From positions 248,001 through 312,000 of the forward strand of contig JBPGPT010000013.1 of NCBI GenBank assembly GCA_051047955.1: a stretch of DNA of 64,000 nt, given 5' to 3'. Under the pieces are notes generated by a model, which was not told where the DNA came from, searched no databases, and saw only the letters and a program-made list of their open reading frames with translations. Positions 12,627 through 23,618 of this stretch are shown here, in pieces. This stretch comes from Cystobasidiomycetes sp. EMM_F5. Lineage: Eukaryota. The stretch's first letter is position 1. Every line of letters starts with the position of its first letter. Made by a program: the position numbers and the translations under genes.

Positions 12627-15600
12627 TCATGCAGCCGGCAGACTTTCGATTGGCTGCGACACTGCATTTGCCGGTAGGTTGAGATCCTCGTAGACGGATG
12701 ATGTCGGCAAAATGTAAGACCGCTTTGGAAAGAGATTGGATATGCCATCAACGAGATTGCGGCGTTTGGTCAGGGCAGTAACGAGTGAGGCCGATAGAGC
12801 TTGAGGCTGATTGAGAGCTGCAATTTGCTGAGCTAGTGTAGCAGAAGCTTCTTTTTCTCGATCTCGCTCTCTGTCCTTCTTGTCCTTGTCCTTTTTGTCC
12901 TTGTGCGCTTTTCGCTGCGCCGCACGTTGACGTTTGTGCCAAGCGCCCTCGATGACGGCCTCAAGTCCGTCACGAAGGGTTTCATACTCTTGGTAGGCTA
13001 TACGAGACCGCACACGTTCCGTTAAGCGAGCTCGACGTGCATCGTTGATTGCGCACTGTTCCCTCAGTAACCGTTGACAGGCTCTCAGAGCACAGGAAAT
13101 ATCGTCATCCTCTCGATTTGACCAGTCGACCAATGCGATAGCGGTATCAGCAGACTGAAAGCCAGTATCATTATGCTTCTTTGACGTTGTTTGAAGTCGT
13201 GTTTCCGGAAGAGGTGGTATGACACCCAAAAACGCGAGCTCCCTGGATAAGCGGGTCTCGAAATCAACTGCGTCGAGATCTCTGATGGATGGCGTGATTT
13301 GTGTTTGTGCGATAAAGGTATCTATACTAGCAATTTGTGGAGAGGCTTGTGCGGCGCCGGAAGCTGTAATGGGCCCGCCTTCGCTTGATGCATTCCTCGA
13401 CATGGGCGCATTCGAAGTCGATGCCGGCGCTGAGTCTGCCACTGCGAGAGCCTGACTGCTGAGACCCTGAAGCATTGGATCGAGGCCTGTCGTATTGCGA
13501 AAGGCAGACATGATTCGTTCACTTAATGGGCCGAGAAAGACGTTCTCCGTTGCAAGAGACTCGTTTGTCAAGCCTTCCGCTTTGAAGCGGCGAAGGACAG
13601 GGGGACGAAGCGAATTGTTGGGTGGAAGAGGGTCGACGAAGTCTGCTGATGCATCTGCATCAAGCGCTGCCCATGTATCTTGATAATGAGGGCCGAGCGG
13701 TGGAACGGTATAACATGATTGATCCTCCTTTTTGGGAGCAAGGAATGCTAAATCGTCTTCGCCATAATGCCGGAGAAAATCATTCACCCAGTTGGCAAAT
13801 GTCTTTTGGTTTTATGCAGTGTAAAACCTCAGCATTGCCTTACAGGTAAAAACAGTATGGCCGCAAACAACTCACACTGTACGGCACTTGATTCGACGGT
13901 TTGCTGTGGTCAAAGTCATCGTCTACTTCAGATTGTTTGGTCGGCGTTGGCGTTGGCACCACAAGAGGCGGAGGCTGTGGCACGACTGAACGAGTCGGCA
14001 GAGAGAAGTCATCGGCCACGCCCGGGATCTGTACACTCTTCTTCGGGGGCGGATGCCCGTCTCCAGTCGAGGCCGACAGCGGTGACTGTGATACATTATA
14101 ATAATACTCAGTCACTCCGCTGTACTGCTAATCAAGGAACTTTTGCGCTCGCAGCTCACCCTATTGCTGTTCAGGGTGAAGCCATTCAACTTGACCTTTA
14201 ACCCCGCCTGAGCGATCGGAGAGTCCGTCTTTGTGATGTTCACAGTCGAAGTAGAGCCTTCCACTCTCCGAAGTTTATTCGGAACATTCAAGAATTCGGA
14301 CGATCTAGCATGTCCATTCGTTTTGGCATTCGTTGATCCTGTTGCCGCTTGTCCGGTACCACCTCCCGGCGGCTGAGGAGAAGTTGAATCGGTAACTAGA
14401 GCAGCCAATTTCCGTTTTCGCTTTTCTTCTTTACGTTTCCGTTTCGCTTCTTTTGCTGCAGCACTGTCATCGACATTCATGTCTGAGGACGCTATACTAG
14501 CTCCGTTGACTACTACGGGAGGTACGTCCGTTGACGTGCGTGCTCTTGCAGCAGCAGATGTAGACGATACATCGTCTCCGCCATTTACGACGCTATTTGC
14601 GCGCTGATCAGCTTTCGATACAACTGTCGCTGCTGCTGAAACAGGAGACGAATGCAATCCGGGCGGAAGAGTCTTTCTCGCCATGGGTGTTCCAGGTCGA
14701 CTGATCGGACCGTTTCTACCCACACCCTGCGCTTCCGTCGACTGCAATGACGGACTGAGGGGCGGTCTATTTCCAAGAGCAGAAGCTGCGGCTGTAGGTA
14801 TTGTCTTTCGCGGAATCGGACCAGATGGGGGTATCTTTGGAGAAGGCATCGACTTGCCAGCTTCACTTACTGCCATTCCATTTGGTCGATGTGGTACATG
14901 CGACTCTACAAAGTCTGTTGTTGCATTCACGCGCCCATCCGCTGTTGCAGTCGGGTAATCATGCATATCGCCCGTAATGACGGGCTTGACATCCTCATCC
15001 ATTCCATCTGCATCGTGTCCAAAGGTGGACTTTGTGCGCTGATCACCATGCTCCGGCCCATCTCGCCCATCAGTGCCATCCGCCAGCGAAAGCGAGGGTG
15101 AGGGTGACAGTGACGAAGAGCTGTTGGACGCAACTACAGACTGTGCCAATTTTGTCGTTGCCACAGTGGGGACCTGAAGAGGCTCATTCAAAGCTGACTG
15201 TGCAGCAGCCCTCTTTACCTTTTTACTGACGTCGGTATCTGAATGATGCCTCGTCAGAGATACGTGAGAATGGATAGACGACTGTCGTGCATCTGCAGGT
15301 TGAGAAGATTCCCGTTCCCGTTGTCGATCGCGATCGCGGTGGTGTGGTACGTGAGAATGGCTTGATGTGAGGACTGGTTTGGGCGGTAAAGAGGCAGGGC
15401 GTGGAGGAAGAGACGATGGAGGGAGGGGACGTCTGGATTGAGACGCCGTACTTGACTGATCGGGCTGGGGAGATGCTCGATTTGAGGATATGGAGGGTAC
15501 GGGTGATGCTCTGAATGGCGAAAGTAATAGAGTACTTAGTCGAGTTGCAAGGAGGACGTAGGATGAGACGACGGAATGCTCACTGCTTTTGCTGCTTCTT

Positions 15601-16458
15601 TTTCGTGAATCCTGGCAGAGGAGGAAGTGGAGCCGATAGGCCGGGTATGCTCGGGAGGGATGGGTTGCGCAACACTGTCGATGCGTCTGAGCCTTTCCCA
15701 TGCTTCGACTCTGAGACTGGCTTGAGAAGGGGAGAGGCAGCTCGAAGACTAGCAGCAGGCTTGTGGGTGGCATGCTTTGTGCTTTCTAATGTCCCATTCT
15801 GCTCAAAAGACGCAGACGCAGATGTGCTGGACGATGCAGGGGATAGTGACGAGTCTGTGTGTGTGTGTGTTAGAGGTGTGCAGTGCGTCTACACTCGTGT
15901 ATACAACTACCCACCACTCTCAAACCTGCTCCTCTTTGCCCCTCTGTCGGCGGATGCTGCCGAGTTGTTAGCGTGGTGTACTGCAGATTGGTGAGATGTA
16001 GCGAGTGGGGATGAATGCGAGTGGGAGTGTTTGATGTTTGAAGAAGAGTGGAGATTGGCCATCGAGTCGTCGACCATGAGCGACGACGAGGAGGGTGAGG
16101 ACGGTGAATCGAGCAAGAGTGGATTGTACTTGTGCATTTGCGAGTAGACCTGCTCCTGTCCTTGCTGCTGCTGTCCTTGCCCTCCACGCTGCCTGCCCAG
16201 CCTCGCGCTCAGCCATTCCTCGAGCTCGCCCAGAGCCCTCTCCCTGGCCTCTGCAGCGAGGGAGACTGTTGATCCGAGGTAGTGGGAGAGGGACGACAGG
16301 GAGGGTGACGATATGTTGATGTTGATGCTGTTCTGGCTGTTTACATGTCCCAGCCATTCCTCGAGCACCCCCGGCAGCGACGGCGGTGGCAGGATGGGCA
16401 CGGCGATGCTGTCGATGGTGATATTACCGTCATCGTGGCTGGCCATACTCCCGTCCAT
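12627..16458 (-). CDS. NGG1: SAGA/ADA histone acetyltransferase subunit Ada3/Ngg1
   Basis: C-terminal PPLGPHYQDTW, GPLSERIMSA, DFETRLSRELAFLG, DWSNREDDDISCALRACQRLL...IAYQEY; upstream DDDFDHSKPSNQVP. ORFs 15907-16548 and 14112-15773 join in frame through GT-AG introns; the start (MDGSM, 16458) is less certain. Confidence 0.85.
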
Positions 16459-16783
16459 GGCCTGCGCTGCCTGCCTGCCTGCTCGGTTGGCAGCAGAGGC
16501 AGCGGTATAGTGTGCAATGGTAGTATGGGCGGGCGTGTATTTGAGCAAGGATATGGTGGATGGACAGCTGTGTTCTATGTGTGTTGACTATTGGTGGATG
16601 ATATCGTCGTCGTCGTTGTTGTTGACGATATCGACAATGCCCAATAATCCTGATACTCCCCTCTCTCTTTCATATCCACTCCCCCATGCCACTCTGCTCT
16701 GCTCTGTCTGCCCTCTCGCTCTCCGTCTCACTCTCCGTGTCCGCTCGGGTCGGGACGAGGCAGAGTGTCGTCCACCTCTGGTC

Positions 16784-17618
16784 ATGGCGGCGTCATCTCG
16801 GGGGATCCTCTCTCAAGGCAGCGACGTGTCAGTCTGCCCTCTCACGGTCATTGCCGTCTCCTCTTCCCTGTCAACACTACACACACCGAAGCTTCAGTGT
16901 GTCGCAGGGTGGGCCATCCTCATATTCATACACTTTAAAATACACCGCTCACTCGTTCTTGCAGCCCACAACCACGGAGGAAAGGGGAGACCAGCACCGG
17001 GAACAGGGGTACAGATCACATTCAAGAATCCAAAGGGAGAGGTAATAAAGACGGTAGAGGCAAACGAGGGGGACGACATCGTAGACCTGTCGTGGGAGCA
17101 CGATCTGGATATAGAGGGTATTGAGTGAATCAAGTAGGCTGATAGCGTGTGTACTGACTCTACACCGACACACCGCAGCCGCCTGCGAAAAGTCGATAGC
17201 CTGCTCGACGTGCCATGTCATTCTCGACCAGAAGAGCTATGATGCCCTCGAGGAGCCGACGGATGAGGAGAATGTGGGCTCGACTTATACGCACGCTTAC
17301 ACCAAGTATACCTCTGACTCTTTGTACTCATACGCAGGACATGCTGGATATGGCATTCGGACTCGAAGACACGTCAGTTGAAAACCTCAATACCTTCTGC
17401 CATTCCCTCCTAATTTCCGACACATCCACAGATCACGTCTAGGGTGTCAAGTCAAGATTACAAGAGAGCTAGACGGAATGACGGTGCAGCTCCCTTCGGC
17501 TACGAGAAACTTTGCTGTGGACGGTAGGTCGAGCGGGGCGGAGTGGTTGTGTGATTAGGAGGGCTGATTTGTAAATGTACAACAACGATACATGCCAGGC
17601 CACAAGTCGAAGCAGTGA
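16784..17618 (+). CDS. YAH1: Mitochondrial [2Fe-2S] ferredoxin (adrenodoxin/Yah1)
   Basis: Spliced [21 protein letters not shown]...[22 protein letters not shown]...[11 protein letters not shown]; four-Cys adrenodoxin signature; presequence-like N-terminus. 5' exon structure uncertain. Confidence 0.92.
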
Positions 17619-18060
17619 GCGAGATGTGTAGAGTGGGCAGTTTGCGAGGACTGATCATCTCACCCGCTTCTGTCTCTTTAGCTGAATCTAAATAACTCCG
17701 GAAAGGCAACAAGCACAGCACAGTCTTGACTCTTCACACAGCATCCAGCCTACAATGTTGTATACATCATTCATCGTTTAGATTGCCACCCACTTGCCCA
17801 ATCTTCAGTGTGCCCTGAAGGTACAGCAGCTCTTGCAAGACCTGCAACCCAGCTATTGAGCGAGCACACACACACGCATACTAGCAGCTCAGCATCAGGA
17901 CTGGAACTCTACGCTGCCGATATCCTGTGTGTTTTGCACAAGATTATTGGACGCGCGACTCTGAAACTATCGCTGTTTCGGGTACCCTCTACAGCGTGGC
18001 ACAGCAGCAAGACGGGCGCAGTGTGACGATATATCAGCATTTCAGAACGGGAGGACAGCC

Positions 18061-20316
18061 ATGGCATCGCTATCGAGTGCTGCTCGAAGACGCAAGACGC
18101 CGAGTGTTAATTTGGTGAAAGATGAGGTAGCAGCCATCAACAACCATTCCGGTCAGGGTGGGAGCTTGATGGGCAACAACGTCAACGTGATGCTCGTGAG
18201 TGTCGCTCGGGTACACTCCCTCCTCCCGTGTCGTTCACTCCTCTGATGGCTTTCTTTTCATTTCTCTATCCGTGTACATTGATACCCTGGCTCGATGCAA
18301 CTGGCATGTACCACACGTGGCATCGCATTGGCTATGCTCGTTTACTCGTTCTCCCGCTGGCATCGCGTAGATTCTCGACTTTCTGAAGCGCAAACTACCA
18401 GCAATCAGTTCACTCATAGTCGGGGTTCTTGTCGGACTCGTCTTTGCAGGCGCCTTCACGCGCGATGTAAGTCTACACTTTCCCACTTGTATCGTGGTAA
18501 TTGTCGAGTAAGGCAGCGACTCATTGTCACGTACTTTCTTCCTACAGAGCTCAAACAGAGGTGCATCATGGAAAGGCTCGGGTGGAAACAGCCTGCAGTG
18601 GGCTGCTCACAATAGTCATAGTACTGGAGGTAGTCATAGGAGCAACTACTTTCCGACACTCAAACAACGCTTGGCCGTCTTTGAGACGCTCGCGACCCTG
18701 ACGGGCTACCACACGCGACAGGTCAGTCGAGCCACGTTCGGAAGTGTTATCGCTACCATGACGGCTAACGTGCTTGTGTGTCTCTGCTGGTATTCTCGAC
18801 ATCCTCTTGCGTCCTGCGTCCAAAAGTGCACGATAAACTCTCAATCCGCGTACCGGCGGCAAGTCTACGAAAGATACGAAAGGCTCATCGGCTACGAGCA
18901 CACGCACGTTCAACCCTCTTTAATATATCGGATGTTTCACCCATTCTCATCTTCCGAATCCAGCACAGACGGAATACCCATGACTTCGCTCGGCAAGCGG
19001 TCTACGCAATCGCGAGGAAGCAAACATGGGCGAGGCAAGACGCAGCACAAGTACTTTTTCGCCATCAACCTCTACAATTCCTTTGATGTCATTCCCGACC
19101 TCTTCTCAACCATGTTTAAAGTGTCGGCCGTCGTCGGCTTTCACAACGTCTTTGTGTCGGTGTACGAGAATGGCTCGACAGATCAGACAAAAGCACTCCT
19201 ACGCATGTTTGATGCGCTATGTCGTAGTGTGGGACTGCGCGTCGTAATTCGCACATCGCTTCGAACAAGAGGAGTATTCAACCATCGTATCGAATACTTG
19301 GCAGAAGTACGGAATGCAGCGTTGGCTCCACTACAAGAACTCCGCGACTCGGAGGGAGAGGTCTTCGATAGCGTCATCTTTATGGTATGCTTGTATACAA
19401 TCCGAATTGATACATGACGCTGATTATCAGTCTCGTTAACAGAACGATGTCTTGCCGTGCGCAGACGATCTTTTGGAACTCATCTGGCAGAGTCGGACAC
19501 AGAATGCCGGAATCACCTGCGGAGCAGACTATATTTTCCACGATGAAGTGGTAAGCAGCATACTTCGTCAGCACATTTTTGATCCTGCCACTGATAAACT
19601 CATGCTGTCAGGGTTCTGCCGTCTTTTATGACAACTGGGTAGCCCGCGACATGAATGGAACAGCGTTAGAGAATGCGCCATTCGAAGCCGTTTTCCGTGA
19701 TCCGGAATCATCCCACAGGTTTCAGAGACATTTACCGATTCAGGTCCAATCATGCTGGAATGGTATTGCCATCCTCGACCCGGCGCCGATGTATGCGCAT
19801 CCGCATGTTCGCTTCCGTATGGCCAAGCTGGGAGATGGGGAATGCTCAGCTTCGGAATGTTCACTCATCTGTAATGACTATTGGGCGGCAGGGTACGGTC
19901 GAATCGTGACTGTGCCGAGAGTCAAGCTAGCATACGATAAGCAGGTGTTTGATAGTGAGTAGATGTGACTTTATGTGAACGTGGACATTTGAACTGATAA
20001 CACTCCCCCTCAAGTCATTCACCCTGCGAGACGCAACCTGACAGTCATCCGGGCATATTCAAGATTAGGAGGGCATCCTGATGACCCACAATCCGATCCG
20101 CAAGATCGAGCGTGGTTCGGGCCACACGATCGTTTATTTAGACAAGAAGAGAGCGAGCCAATTGATTTCAAGATGCCGCCTCCTTACGTGTGGTGTTGGG
20201 GCTGGGACGGTGCCGGTGATATCGAAGGGCCGGATGTGGAACCTGTGTGGGAGGCACTCAAGAATACAACGTCAGATCCGAGAGCAGTCAGGCATGATCG
20301 TGGTTTCGATCTATGA
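18061..20316 (+). CDS. CAP59: Cap59-like GT69 protein (capsule-associated, putative alpha-1,3-mannosyltransferase)
   Basis: KYFFAINLYNSFDVIPDLF...VSVYENGSTDQTKALL...NHRIEYLAEVRNAAL...FDSVIFM-NDVLPC...PIQVQSCWNGIAILDP...ECSASECSLICNDYW, closely matching cryptococcal Cap59 as recalled; ends RHDRGFDL*. Confidence 0.88.
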
Positions 20317-20418
20317 CGACACACATCTCTTTCAGCGAGATGTGCCGTAATAGAAAGAGGCTGATTTCGCTTTAATTCGGATGGCGAGACGAGACGACAC
20401 TGGACGAGGATACGACTG

Positions 20419-21905
20419 GCCGAGCGGTACTCGACTCGTGTAAAGAAGATGTAGAGCATTTAACCTGCAGTGTTGACGTAGTCCATTTCAGGTGGTCAAG
20501 GACTGACAGCTTTCGACAAGGCTGGTTGTAGTTATAAATCCAAGTCAAGGGAGATGCTCACACAGGCATGACACCCGAGTTGACTCCGGCCGTGTATTCA
20601 AGTCACGTCGACAAAGAATATACTTCATCCTTTGCTGACGAGGTATTCGTGGAGTCAGCCTTACTAAAATGCTATTTTTGGAAATATGGTAGCTGGGACT
20701 ATCACAAACGGTGGTAGCTGATGCACGGCTGTCCTTGCTAATGTTCTCGGGTGACCTGACGATCCGACAACCGCCACGCCATTCCCTTCGGAGATGCTCT
20801 GAGCTGTTTACTGGATTCTGATAATGGCAGTGATTACAGGGGACGGAATCTTCCGCAAGATTCCACTAAACCACGTCTCTATGCATACGTCCAACAATGC
20901 GATACATTCCTGCGTATACATTCTGATGACGACGATGAAGACCGTGGTCGATCTTGGCACCTTCCAACAAATCGTTATACGCGGCCGCCATCATGATTCT
21001 ATCGTTGTTTAGCTGACCGAATTGGAATCGTGCTGCGGAGCCCTTTAGCGCTATATAGAAACAATGCCAGATCATCCGCGTTGCACTCACCCTGAGTAGC
21101 GCTACAAAACAGTTTATTCAAGGCTTTAACCTTTCTCCCGCGAGTCATTCCGGTACAGCTTGGGATATTCTCCAGCTGCGCATGGAAACGCCTATACGCC
21201 ACCAGATCAAGATTGCCTTCATTGTAGGAACGCTCGATTTCGCGACCGACATCATCAAAGTTGCGTCTTGGCGCTGTCGTAGTCATTAGTTCGTCAGTGG
21301 TGGCCTTATTGAGGATCAACGTGGTGGCACATACGAGTCTGTGAAGCAGCCTTGCCGGCTTTTCTGGACCGTCCGAAGAACGAATGCCGCGCTACACCAT
21401 TGGGGCCACTTGAGATGCCTGATGCAGAAGCTGTATTCAAACGGACGTTGGCGACCCCACCGGTGCGTGCAGTAGGTAGGAGGTCTCCGTGTGGCCTGTT
21501 CACCATGTCAGCGAGCAATGGGACGAAGAGGTTGGATTTATTAAAGAAAACAAGGAGCCGCTCCGCGAGCGGTGCGGTAAACACAAGAAAATGTCAAGCA
21601 CTGTTTTCTGGTCGGTGGAAGAGGACAGTGAGCAGAGGAAGGGTACACATGCCTCTTCACACTTGGATATAGCTGACAATCTTGTGCATTCCGCTCAACC
21701 GAGCCGTCTGGGCTGTGCTGGCCGTTCAGATTTCTCCGAACCGTGCGAATGGTCTCGCTTGCCGAACTTCTCAAGCCTCCTCGGCCTGTTGTGCATTCAA
21801 GATCAAGATTGAGCGAACCGGGTGGGAAAAAGAAACTGTCCATATTGCGGAAAGTGAGCATCATCATATCGTGAGTGGTAGTGGATGCCGATTCAGCCAT
21901 GGTTG
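20419..21905. repeat. Copy 1 of a ~1.5 kb direct tandem duplication
   Basis: Blocks align to copy 2: cgtgtaaagaagatgt (~20437) vs cgtgtaaagaggatgt (~21972); gtggtcaaggactgacagcttt..aaggctggttgta vs gtggtcaaactgacagcttt..aaggctggttgta; ccgagccgtctgggctgtgctggcc (21699) vs ccgagccgtctaggctgtgctggcc (23177); atatcgtgagtggt in both. Confidence 0.85.
20866..21506 (-). CDS. Orphan helical protein, paralogue A (three exons)
   Basis: MVNRPHGDLL...SQT, intron (gtatgt...gacag), PPRRNFDDVGREIERSYNEGNLDLVAYRRFHAQ...KALNKLFCSATQ, intron (gtgagt...cgcag), ARFQ...AAAYNDLLEGAKIDHGLHRRH...RDVV*. Same intron positions and phases as paralogue B. Confidence 0.7.
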
Positions 21906-22332
21906 ACATCATACGGTTGCGAAATGGTGCTGGCTGCGGTACTCAAACGATGCGCCGAGTAGGACATGGCCCGTGTAAAGAGGATGTGGGGTGACGATAT
22001 GCAGTCTCAACGTAGTGCATTTTCAAGTGGTCAAACTGACAGCTTTTCAGAAGGCTGGTTGTACTAGTGAAGCTCAAATGTCGCAGAATGCTCACACGGC
22101 CGCGAGATCAAGTGCGCAAACCCGTGTACATTTAGACTTGGTCACTAACGTTTCTTTCTGCGATACTCTACACGCTCCATGATGAATTGGCACATTTGGA
22201 TGCTAATTGATGACATTTCTGCCAGACCAGCTGATGCGGCATATGGCGATGAGGTATAAAGCATTATTAAATGGCATCCAAACGTGTGAGTTGGCTTATC
22301 ATGCTCACCTATGCTGCGGAGTTCGAAACTCC

Positions 22333-23013
22333 TTAGCGATGTCCGGCCACTGCCAACAACCCGAGTGCCTTCAAAGCCTCACACATCTCCGTAAAAATTT
22401 TGGGATGATACACCTGCAAACTTGCGTCGATTCCGGCGCCTACCGTAAACATGACATAGGCCGAGCACATGTCGTCGGGCTTGTTGTGGCGCCGAGCGTC
22501 CCTGAAGCGCTCTGTGCTGCTTGTTGAGCAGTGCCATCTACAATAGGTGGCTGGGCACTCACTGATGACTTCGTTGGCGTAAAACTCGTTTAGTGCTTTC
22601 GTAATCGATCTACGTCTCAGACCCATACAGCTGCTTGATGGAAGTCGCTGGATATCGGCGTGAAACTGTCTGTATTGAGTCTCGTCCAATCTGCCTGATC
22701 TATAGCACTCTTCCATCGCTAGATACGTAGCTTTGTGAGGTTTGCTTTTGGATCGCGATGCTAGATTCACATGCAGTCAGCCGACATAACTCGCTCCGGC
22801 GCGCTAATGAGACGTACAGGCCGGCTGGGTAAGGTTTCTCTGATGACCTGTCGTTATACTGGACCGTTGCTGAGCCAGTCGTGCGGACTCGGGAGCATGA
22901 GCAGAGGAGGTGGATGGGGCGCGCACAAGAGCGCGAACGTTGTCTGGTAGTTCGGCGATGTGGCCGGCAGGAGGGACACGCCTGATCGGCTTAGGAGCGC
23001 CTCTGGTCGCCAT
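22333..23013 (-). CDS. Orphan helical protein, paralogue B (three exons)
   Basis: MATRGAPKP...TQPA, intron (gtacgt...tctag), SSRSKSKPHKATYLAMEECYRSGRLDETQYRQFHAD...KALNEFYANEVI, intron (gtgagt...cacag), KRFRD...MCSAYVMFTVGAGIDASLQVYHPKIF...AGHR*. About one third identical to paralogue A in the core by manual alignment. Confidence 0.72.
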
Positions 23014-23135
23014 GTCTTCAGAAGTTTGTGCACTATATCGCAGCGTTACGGGGAACGAAACGCTGAGGATTGCTTGTTTAGTGACGGGTGGAGATAGAGA
23101 GAAGAAAAAGAGGTGTATGCGGGGTCTTTGACAAC

Positions 23136-23141
23136 TTTATA
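23136..23141 (-). promoter_or_regulatory. Putative TATA box of orphan paralogue B
   Basis: TATAAA on the minus strand ~125 nt upstream of ATG 23013, next to a CGG-rich block shared with copy 1. Confidence 0.4.
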
Positions 23142-23618
23142 TGCATGGCTTAACAGTCCTTGTGCTCGCCGTTCGGCCGAGCCGTCTAGGCTGTGCTGGC
23201 CACTTAGTATTCTCCGAATCGTGCGAACGATTGCGCTCGCCGAAAGTTGCAAGCATGCTTGTCCGTGTACAGTACAATCGTCAGCGAATCTGGTGGGAAG
23301 TAGAGACAATCAGGACTGCAGATATGCTATGATATCGTGAGTGGTCTGGAAAGCCGATGCAGCAACGGTTCAAATCATGCCCTTGCATACTTATGCACGA
23401 TCGTGGTGCCCATGTCTGGTGTCCTCAATGTGGAAATGCCGACGTGAGTTGATCATCGTGTTAGTCCCATCATCTTCAACCATGAAGTAAGACCAAGCGC
23501 GATGAGAGCAAACAACGAAGATGTCGATAGAAATGGAAAAACAGCCCAACATATGGGATCGTACAAGATGTCTGACCAGATTAAATGTAGCTCAGCGAGC
23601 TTCTCCAGAAGGGCAGGA

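Larger units (their letters stand above)
21954..23370. repeat. Copy 2 of the ~1.5 kb direct tandem duplication
   Basis: Same aligned blocks as copy 1, offset ~1.47-1.54 kb. Confidence 0.85.

Noticed and set aside
16600..16632. 9-bp inverted repeat GATATCGTC...GACGATATC between ADA3 and YAH1
   Set aside because: Embedded in GTC/GTT trinucleotide low-complexity sequence; too short to support a function.
22179..22234. C/D-box snoRNA-like layout: ATGATGA...CTAA-T-TGATGA...CTGA
   Set aside because: Only ~56 nt, 1-nt D'-C' spacer, no convincing terminal stem, no long rRNA complementarity recognised, and absent from copy 1 of the duplication; snoscan would settle it.
20419..23370. Duplicated units as a transposon or LTR element
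   Set aside because: No terminal inverted repeats, target-site duplication or transposase/RT motifs seen; intron-containing genes in simple tandem arrangement.
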